64,000 bases of DNA from Spirogloea muscicola (lineage: Eukaryota): NCBI GenBank assembly GCA_009602725.1, contig WELB01000017.1:669114-733113 (forward strand), written 5' to 3'. Positions within the stretch are counted from its first letter, which is position 1; each line of letters begins with the position of its first letter. Below, one piece after another: positions 52,411-62,200 of the stretch. The translations under genes and the position numbers were made by a program. The notes under the pieces are model-generated. The model made no database searches, was not told the DNA's origin, and was given only the letters and a program-made list of their open reading frames with translations.

Positions 52411-52978
52411 CAGAAAAGCTCTAAAGCATACAGCAACTCAAGTTGCCGCTGGGTGTTCCATTCTTCCTGTTGAGCAGCCGCAGGTCAGAGAATCTAGTCT
52501 CTGGGTAGCGGGTCCCCATGTCTATAGCCAGAGGCTGCAAAGGCATCTGTTGGGTCTGACAGGCCGGCGCTTCACTATGGCAGCCAAGGTGGCCCACTGT
52601 GTGGTTGCTTTGCATCTGATGTCTCTAAGCTGACCCTATCCTAAGCTGCAGGCGTGAAGTGCAAGCTGTATGGACCAAGGGGATGCGATACCGAAGGGCC
52701 GCGGGCCCGTTACCGACTTATCTTGGGAGGGCGCTCGGCTGCAGGGTTGCGCATCGGCGCCCGTGTCTCACCTTCAGAGGTTGGACGGCCTAGTGCTACC
52801 ATCTCGGAGGTGGTGAGTTCCTCTAAGCTCACTCTTTGTACCTATGGGGCCCAGCCTGGAGCCATGCCAGCACGCTTGAGCGCAGGGTGCTGGCTGGCTC
52901 CCAGCTGTGTATTAGGCCGAGTCTGAAGAGGGTGGAGGTCGTCCCATCGTCCAGCCGTCACATGGGTTGGAACGAGGG

Positions 52979-55879
52979 TCAAGGGCGCTTTGCTTTGGAC
53001 TCCTTGGTCTGCTTCTTGAGGGCAGGCGGCGGCGGCCGTGGCTGGAGGCGAGCCTGCGCTACGAGTGGTGGTGGGGGGGGCCGGCGCTCGGGCGGAGGCG
53101 GCCGCGGAGGCGGGGGAGGCCGCGGCGGCGGNCGGCGGCGGGGGCGATCTGGGAGGCGGCGGCGGCGGCGGCGGCGGCGGGTTTGTGGCGGCGGGCTGAG
53201 CCAGTGTCGACTGCTTCTGAGACCCGCAGACGCCCACCGTCGCGTCCCACAGCTGCTGTATCATGAACCTGCTTTCCAGAGAATGGGCAATCGAGTCAGA
53301 GGGCAGAGGAAGACTCTTCAGCCTGACATGCCTTATCCCAGCACAGGAAAGGCTAAGACCCTCTCAGCAGCTGGAATTATAAACTTGCGGCGTGCACTCC
53401 GTCAACCGAGATAGTCATACACCTGTCCTGCGTGCTGGCGGAAGATTCTGGCATAACCTCAGCTTGAGCAGCCAGCTCCTTCAAAGGGCTGCAGTCCTGG
53501 GCAACAGCTACGTCACAACTCGTGTGCTGCCCAAATTCTTCACCTGTTGCCGTTGATGCCAACAAGATTGTACTCGTAGGCTTGACTGCCGAAGCCAGCG
53601 CTTGTCACTTGACCGTATTGGCCCCTCTCACAGAGATCGGCCGACTCCTCTCCTTGATCGTTGGTCCAAGCCATATTGTACAAGTTGGGGTCTGTTGCAC
53701 AAAAGTCGGATGCCATCAGATGCTACAGTTGACGATGGTGTGAAGCTGATGTGCTGCCTTGACTAGCGAGATTACTGTGACCACAGCACTTTCCGCAGCA
53801 TCTGTAGAAGCAGTTGCAGCTACAGCTGATCGAGCGTCTCCTATGTTCCACTTTGCACGGACCTTGTGAGCCAGTGCCATGAACCTGGTCTAGCATCACA
53901 TGCTTATGCGCATCTGCCACTTCACATGGTCAAAGGAGCTGCGTTCTTACCTGTGGCTATTTCTGACAGCTCGTGAGCCAGGACGTCAATGAGGCCGTCA
54001 ACCCCAACATTGTTGTTGGGCGAAGTCTGGTAACCGTCCACCACGCTTTGGATGCACCACTGAGGGCACTGGACGCTGGAGTCACCCACGAAAGCATATT
54101 TGATCTGCATCGAGTGAAAGCTGGCCCAGTTTGTCATTACTTGTTGCCAGCATCGGCTCCAGTATGCCCATGAAGCAGTGAAGCTCACAATGACATAATA
54201 AATGAATTGAGGACCAGACGCCGCTCTGCATCTGCAGTCTGAGCCGTACAGCACGTGCCAGTAGCCCTGTGGTTCTGCTTTCGAGGGCGGACCATAGGTG
54301 CTCCAGCGACCCAAGCGGGGTATGGGTCGGAGGTATGCCAGCCGCAGTATCCAGCGCCACCCCCGTTGCAGAAGCCAGATACAGGGTCCAGCGTTTTTGA
54401 GTTCAATGTCACCCTGGGGTCCGTGAGCACGATATACGCTCCATCTCCGTCAGCTGTAACAAAGCACCAGGAGGAGGTTACGAGGATGATGATGCTCAAG
54501 CTTCAACTGAATGATGTGTAGCAAGCCCGCATCCTCGGAACAGGGCTTGCATCGCACATGGGAAGCAGTGGTAGACAATTGAGGGTCAGGCAGAGTACCT
54601 GGCAGACTGCCACTACTTATTTGATTGAAGACTATCGATCGTATGTCATTATTGTCATCGTCCAAACTGACAATGCCACACTCAACATAATCAGTACTCC
54701 TTGCAGACCCAATCAAGTCCTGCAGCAACGCTTCCTCAGCTCCATCACAATAGGTAGTCATCGAGGTGTTGGCGTCATTGATTGCTCACCTGAGCCCCAG
54801 AGACCCAGAGTCAAAGACCTCCTTGACCACCGTGACCTGGTTGGTTACATGGTTACCGGCTGCATCACTGTAGTAGGTCACAATACTCCACCACTTCTGC
54901 AGAGCCGCAGCTAGAACGAATGTAAGTCACATATCGAACATGCCAGCTTTGTGCAGCCTAAGATAGTGGTGGCTGGAGGCAATGGCCGTGGTCTTCATGC
55001 TCGACTGTGGCAACACAAGTGACATGCAAATGGAGGAGCCGGCTGCACCTGTACGGTTGCGCCGTTCTGTTTCGCTGTGTTGGACACGGAGCGAAAGAAG
55101 TTGAGAATGATAGCCCTCGCGGACACTGACCAGGAGCCATACCAAATGATGTACACCTTGAGTACGTTGCTCATGATGGGTCCTCCATTGTAGCTGCAAC
55201 CAAACACCATCACTCATATTTGTCATGCAGCTGGTCGCCAAGCTCCAATACTGCACCCGAGGAGGCTGGCCCCCCAGTCCGAGTGAATTTCACTCCCTTT
55301 GACGGTGTAGTGCGGGACTAGTGCTGGACGCTGTCTCCAACACGACCCACAGGCATGGCTGTGTCTTCATGTTGGAGTACGTCCTACTCTTGTAAGCTTT
55401 GTTAAGAGATAGAACACTCATGGGGGCAAGCCCTGCCAAGCATTAAGTGTTCTGGCCAGCAAAAGCTCTGAGAGAAAGCAACGGAGTGAAGTGGAGGGGC
55501 TGGCTCACTTGATGCCGTAAGGACCACCGCCGACAAAGCCGGCTGCGCCCCTGGGCATGGATGGGGCTTTTCTCTCGGATAGGCTCAGCAGGGCCGCCGG
55601 TGGCGGCTTCGCTTTCACGTGGAAGGCGGCGCCATCACGCCGCCAGCGGCGAGTGGTCGAGTTGGACCCCTGTGCGCTCACTGAGTACTTCGGAAGGCTG
55701 CGTTGGCCACTGTGCTCCTCACTGCCCTCATTCGCCCCACTATCGTTCCTTTCACTCCCCGTTGCAGGTCCTCCGACGTGTGTGGGCTTGTGGTGGCGGC
55801 TCGCGTCTGTCCCAGTGGCAACGCCTCCAAGGAGCAGCGCTGCGACCAGAATGGCCGTGACGGCGAAGTGCGCCGCCAT
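52979..55879 (-). CDS. EXORDIUM/Phi-1 (phosphate-induced 1) family secreted protein with a Pro-rich C-terminal tail, spliced
   Basis: Signal peptide MAAHFAVTAILVAALLLGGVATG; YNGGPIM..VYIIWYGSW; KWWSIVTYY; YIVLTD..FC..CGWH; YAFVGD; SPNNNVGVDGLIDVLAHELSEIATDP; ESADLC; FMIQQLWD; then poly-Pro. The stop position is inferred across the n at 53132. Confidence 0.9.
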
Positions 55880-56360
55880 TGCGCGCCCCCCTCTAGCGCA
55901 GGCAGGGGAAAGGCATCTAGCGGTGCGGACGCACAAGCCCGGCCGCCTGCTGCACGAGCAGCTACTGCGCTACCTCAGAAGGCGCGCCAAATGCGGACCT
56001 GGCCGCGAGCCGGCAATCTCGCCGGCTGGCACTGCAAAGACAGCGCTGTAAATGCTCATCGATGGCATCCAAAGCCTGGGCCGGGGTGTCCCCCGCAGCG
56101 GTGGTCAGCGAGCTAAAGGGCTGGAGGCCGAGGCAGGCGGTGATGGCCACTTCGTAGCGACGGCCGCAAGGGCCTCGCCTTCGAGGAGCGGCAGCCCAAG
56201 CGGACGGCGGCTGCGGCGGCTGCAGCCCAGTGAGCGTGCGCGGAGCGCGGCGAAGGCCAGGGCCAGTGAGGTAGAGGGCAAGGGAGGCGCGCAGCAAGGC
56301 CTGGAAGGCGGGCCTTTGACGTCCGGAGACCTGAGGGGATGATTGAGAAGGACGGGGGGG

Positions 56361-57166
56361 NNNNNNNNNNNNNNNNNNNNNNNNNNNNNNNNNNNNNNNN
56401 NNNNNNNNNNNNNNNNNNNNNNNNNNNNNNNNNNNNNNNNNNNNNNNNNNNNNNNNNNNNNNNNNNNNNNNNNNNNNNNNNNNNNNNNNNNNNNNNNNNN
56501 NNNNNNNNNNNNNNNNNNNNNNNNNNNNNNNNNNNNNNNNNNNNNNNNNNNNNNNNNNNNNNNNNNNNNNNNNNNNNNNNNNNNNNNNNNNNNNNNNNNN
56601 NNNNNNNNNNNNNNNNNNNNNNNNNNNNNNNNNNNNNNNNNNNNNNNNNNNNNNNNNNNNNNNNNNNNNNNNNNNNNNNNNNNNNNNNNNNNNNNNNNNN
56701 NNNNNNNNNNNNNNNNNNNNNNNNNNNNNNNNNNNNNNNNNNNNNNNNNNNNNNNNNNNNNNNNNNNNNNNNNNNNNNNNNNNNNNNNNNNNNNNNNNNN
56801 NNNNNNNNNNNNNNNNNNNNNNNNNNNNNNNNNNNNNNNNNNNNNNNNNNNNNNNNNNNNNNNNNNNNNNNNNNNNNNNNNNNNNNNNNNNNNNNNNNNN
56901 NNNNNNNNNNNNNNNNNNNNNNNNNNNNNNNNNNNNNNNNNNNNNNNNNNNNNNNNNNNNNNNNNNNNNNNNNNNNNNNNNNNNNNNNNNNNNNNNNNNN
57001 NNNNNNNNNNNNNNNNNNNNNNNNNNNNNNNNNNNNNNNNNNNNNNNNNNNNNNNNNNNNNNNNNNNNNNNNNNNNNNNNNNNNNNNNNNNNNNNNNNNN
57101 NNNNNNNNNNNNNNNNNNNNNNNNNNNNNNNNNNNNNNNNNNNNNNNNNNNNNNNNNNNNNNNNNN
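56361..57166. other. Assembly gap (N)
   Basis: Run of N. Confidence 1.
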
Positions 57167-59299
57167 CGCCGCGCCGCCGGGGGGCCCCCCCGCCCGTGGG
57201 GCGGCCGCCGGAGGAGGGAGGGCGGCTTGGGAAGCCTCCCCTCCGCCCCGCCGCCCTGCCCCCGCAGGCAGGCCGCCCCTGTGCACCAAGCGTGGGCGCG
57301 TCGCCGGCTGCGGCTCCCCCCGCCACGCTCCCATCGTCCGGTCGCACTGCTCAGCGCAGACCGAGCTGCTTCTTCCTCTTCTTTCGTTGCCCTGCCATCA
57401 AGGCCAGCAAATAGTGCATCCCGGCGTCGATCTCGCGGGCTCGCTCGCTTACGTGCACCGGATGCATCTATCAGTCCCGCGCCAGCGCTCCCAAACATCT
57501 CCTTCGCATTCGCGCGCATTGGCTGCTCTTTTAGGCTTCGACGTGGTGGTTCAAAGTGCGGCAGCAAGCTACTTGACTTGAGGCTGGCCTCTCACAGCCA
57601 TCGCCCCCTCTGGAGAGCTTTTTCTTCATCGAACGGCTGGCCACCTTCCCTCTGCCTTCCCTTCCACCCATCATGTTCACCGTATGTTGTCCTGTTTCGC
57701 TTGAGTCTGATGTGATCTTGTTCCTCAGATGACCTTTGTATCATCATGTGCATTGAACATCGTCATGACCCTCGTTCGAACTCAGGTGATACTTCTCAAC
57801 CAAGTATTGTGGACCATTCTTGACTATCGTTCACATTCAAACTCAGTGGGTCATGGGAAGTTCTCCGGATGATCGATTTATATCAGCAGCAATTGAAAGG
57901 GTAAAGATTGCTAGTGTTATGTCATGGCTATTCTGGCAGTGTGCTGTATGACGTATTCCTCAGCGAGCACGAAAAGTGGACAGGATGAGCAGTTGAGTGA
58001 TTCAAAGACAAGTGAGACTCTTGCCAGAATGGTTTTACTGGCTCATCAAGAGTAATGAACCTGCTTCCAATCGCTTTGCACTAGAATTGGCCTCCGCAGT
58101 CGACGAGCGCCCCACCGATTAAGCGTTAAGTTCTTGCAAGAGTGAGAACAGCACAGCTTGCCTTTGAACAACGCTGCAACCTACTTCCAATCCTCCTCAC
58201 AGTACAAAGTGGCAGCTGACCTTGGCCTCGGCAGTTGTGGGTCGCGCCAAGTTCAAGCAGCGACGAACCTGCAAGTCTTCTCCTTCCTTGCGCAAGACCA
58301 CATCACTCAGTAGAGCACTAAAGCATACGTCTGCCATTTGCTTCCAAGAGTCTGCTTAAAGTGCAGTTGCCGAGAAGGAGAAGGATGCATCCCGGGTTAA
58401 TTGCAGTTGACAGGCCTGGCTGCCGCCACCACTAAGCGTGCAAGATAGGGGAACCTGCGGTGCAGACACAACACATAAGCAAGCCGCCAGGGAGGCTTAG
58501 TGAGCATAATCATGTCAGTCTGCCAGATTGTTGCAGTTCAAAGCCCAAGGATCAGTCACGGAAGCTGCGGAGCCCGAACCATAAGCCCGCCATCTGCAGC
58601 GTGCTTCTTGCCATGCTTCGTGCCAAACTGGGCTCCGGACGAACACAACGGTGCGATTGAGAAAAGGAGGAACGACGTTCCATCGTAGCAGTGTCCTATC
58701 CGGCAATAACAGGAGGAGCATCTCGAGGCTTCAGGGAGTGCGCATCGACGACAAGGCTAAGGAGGTTGCGCCATGCTTCTGCAATGGCCAAGCTGGGCAT
58801 GTGGATATGTCTCGGGGCTGCTGCTGCTACTGCAGGTCACCAAAGGGAATTGCTTCAATGCCTTTCAGAGAAGAAACGAGGAGTGCACGTGCCGCAAGAT
58901 GAGCCGGCCCAAGCCCAGGGGCTGAGGGGAATAACCCCCAGGGCAAAAACCCCCGACAGCAGCGAGGATTTCGCAAGTGCACCCATACGGGCGCAGCGGG
59001 CAGCACAGCGGAGGTGGCACTTGCCGGCAGGGCCGCATACGCCGGGCCGTCACTAGATGGAAATGTTGGCGTTCGAGTGGAGCGCAGGCAGCAGTGGAGG
59101 CTCTGGCTGAGCGAAAGGGTCGGCAGGCCCGGCACGGCCAGCGTCCGAGGCAGGAGGGTATGGCGATAGAGAGAGCTCGCAGCGACGAGGGCGGCGGGTG
59201 TGGAGCGTCGAGCCACACCGGCGCGGAGAGTGTGTGAGCGCGCGAGAGCATGGTGGAGGCGGCGGGGGCGGGGCTGCTGCAGGTGCTGGAGGAAGAGAT

Positions 59300-62200
59300 A
59301 GCCTCCGATGCAAGGCCATGGCTGTGGGTGGCCAGCCCAATGGAGAGAGAAGGCCCAATGGAATGAACAAGGTCTGAAAGGGCCGGAAGGTGCAACACGG
59401 GCGTCGTGGGGGCAGGGGACAAGACGTGCTTTGAGTGATGGAGGCCCTGAGTACGAAGACAAGCACATCTATGGATGTGCATCACCTGCTAGTTTGCCGA
59501 CCCGCTCCGTGACCACGGTCAGCAAGTAGGGAAGGCGAGCGTGGCCAGATTGACTGGTGGCTGGAAGAGGTAAGGGGGTGAGGACTGTGAGAGCCCAGCC
59601 CGAAAAGATGGCAAGGTCCAAAGGGATCGGAAAACGCTGAAATACACAACTAAGCATGTAACATATAGGATAGTGACCTCTATTTAGCAGTCACAAGTCA
59701 GAGGAGCCGGAGAGCAGTCTTCCTCACGAAAGCCAGAGGTAGCTAGAAGAAGAGCTCGCCCATAGAGAAGAGGGGCTGGCAAAGTTAACCCAAAAAGAAT
59801 GGACAATGTCCAAAGCCAAAGAAAGAAAGGCCGAAAAAGGACTACACTATAAAGCACGAGACAGTGCAGAGGGAGATTCAGATGGATGCTCAGTATCCAC
59901 GTGTGAGCAACAGCAGATCAGAGTAACTCGAAGCAGGAAAAGCGGCACTCTGCCGATACCCGGAAGCAGCAACCATAGCACGGCCAGCGCGCGCATGGAC
60001 CGCATGAGCCAAAGAGCGCTGTAGCGAGACCGGCAGCCTCATCCGAAAGACCTGCGCGAGGGAGCTGGCAGCATTGAAGCCTGGCGAACCCGGCCGCCGC
60101 TCAATGGCCTCCCGGCTGGCTTTTCCAGCCCCTATCCTCAATGGGCGAGCACTTTCTTCTCCCGGGCAAGCCGCTGGAGGAGATCCAACCAGCCACTGCC
60201 GAAGGCCCCGTGTACGTCAATGGCCAGTGCCGTGAAGGCATCGCCTGGAGGGTGGTCAGAGTACTTGCGCTCCTAGAGCACGGCCAGCACACAGATGCAA
60301 GGCAGTAGAGGACCTTTCCGACCTTGTCGATTCTTTCTGGGCTGGCCATTCACACCCCCCGCCCACTTTGGAGAAGCTCAGAAGAAGTGGCTCTCCCCAT
60401 GGAAGCAAGGGCTGTGAAAAACCAGGTCGAAAAGAATTGACAGAGGTTCGAAGGGGCCAAATGACGGAGGGGCCTAAAGCGCTTTGTCACAACGGAAGGA
60501 GGAGGGACCACTCAGTATCGACGAGTGAGGAGCCTCAGATCCGACAGACTAGCTGCTGGAAAGCAGCTGGAAATCAATCCCCTTGGCGAAGGCAAGTAGA
60601 GAGTCACCGATCAAAGTCCCAACGCGGTACGACCATTTGCGGGGGTGGGCAGGGAGCTGGAAGGTCGAGCGGCGCTGGGCGGGGAGGGGGACCGCCGCCC
60701 CGGGGGGCTTACCAACCATTGGGCTAGGCTTAACAAGACGCAAGCGCGGCCAGATTGACTGGTGGCTGGGAGAGGCCAGCCCAAAGGAATTTAAGAGAGA
60801 TAGTGCTCGCCCATAGAAAAAATGGACAAGGTCTGAAAACCGCTTGACGTAGCCACCAGGCGCCTTACCAACCGCGGGGTTACGCTTAATGTAGCCAACC
60901 AGTCTGCACTGGCTGGAAAGTGCTCTGGCTTGACTTGGCCTTCATACTCTTCCAATCGTAGCGGATCCGGCTAACCGATAATCAGTAATCAAAGGTTAGC
61001 AGACGGTGCACCGGTCACTGAACCATAAATAATCAGGAACCGGACGGGTTTCACACAATGCGGGGACGGGTTTCACATCCTGCGGGGTACCCTGTCCGCC
61101 CTGGACCTCTTTGAAGAAGATGAGCTCGCCCATAGAAGAGAGGGGCTGGCAGAAGCCAGCCAAAAAAAAAGGACAAAATCCAAAAGAAGGGAAACACAAT
61201 AGCTAGGCATCGAGACAACTAGACATGACGGAACCACACGAAGTTCAAAACCCGCGGGTGAGCAACATCAGGTCAGAGTAGCTCGAAGCTGGAAAAGATG
61301 CAGCCGGACGAGACCCGGAAGCAGCAACAAGAGCACGGCCCGCGCGCGAGTGGACGGCATGAGCGAGGGAAGGCGCGCGGGGCGCATGAATTGAAAGGGA
61401 GGCCAATTCAAGCCAATACAGGCGCGCGAGGGAGCGTTGAAGGGACACGGAGAGCCGCATCCGGAAAACCTGGGCCAGGGAGCCGGCCGCGTTGAAGCCG
61501 GGCAGCCCCCTGGCGGACCCGGCCGCCGCTCCATGGCCTGCCGGGCAAGCCGCTGGAGGGGGGGCAGCGGCCGGGGGCATCGGGGGGCAAGCTTTGAACA
61601 TTGTCCATTCTTTTTGGGTTGGCTTTGCCATTGTAGACTTTCCTGCAGCCGGGTCGCTGGCGCAAGTGTATCGCATGCGCTTGGCCGTCTCGCTGCAGAG
61701 GTCCATGGCCCGTGCGCTGCACCTTCGTGCCGGGAGAGCCCTCGCTGCTGCCTCTGGCTCTGTCCAGGGGACCCACTTCCAGGACCCTAGCCTCTCTGAT
61801 TTGCGGCTGCTTAGCAGGGGTTACTGAGTGATTTGTAGCTGCTTTCTTTCTTTGTGTGCTTTGGTTTCTTAGCGCTTCCTCTGGCTTCCTCTGGCCCCCT
61901 TCTCGTTCTTTGTTCATTCTTTTCTTTGCCAGCCCCTCTTCGCGCGCGGGCCGTGCTCTTGTTGCTGCTTCCGGGTCTCGTCCGGCTGCATCTTTTCCAG
62001 CTTCGAGCTACTCTGACCTGATGTTGCTCACCCGCGGGTTTTGAACTTCGTGTGGTTCCGTCATGTCTAGTTGTCTCGATGCCTAGCTAGTGTGTTTCCC
62101 TTCTTTTGGATTTTGTCCATTCTTTTTTGGCTGGCTTCTGCCAGCCCCTCTCTTCTATGGGCGAGCTCATCTTCTTACTCTGACCTGATGTTGCTCACCC

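Noticed and set aside
57167..59252. Possible minus-strand gene starting at gccgcctccaccATG (~59252)
   Set aside because: I could not build a consistent exon chain or recognise a domain; there are stops in all frames and a retro-element end at ~57590
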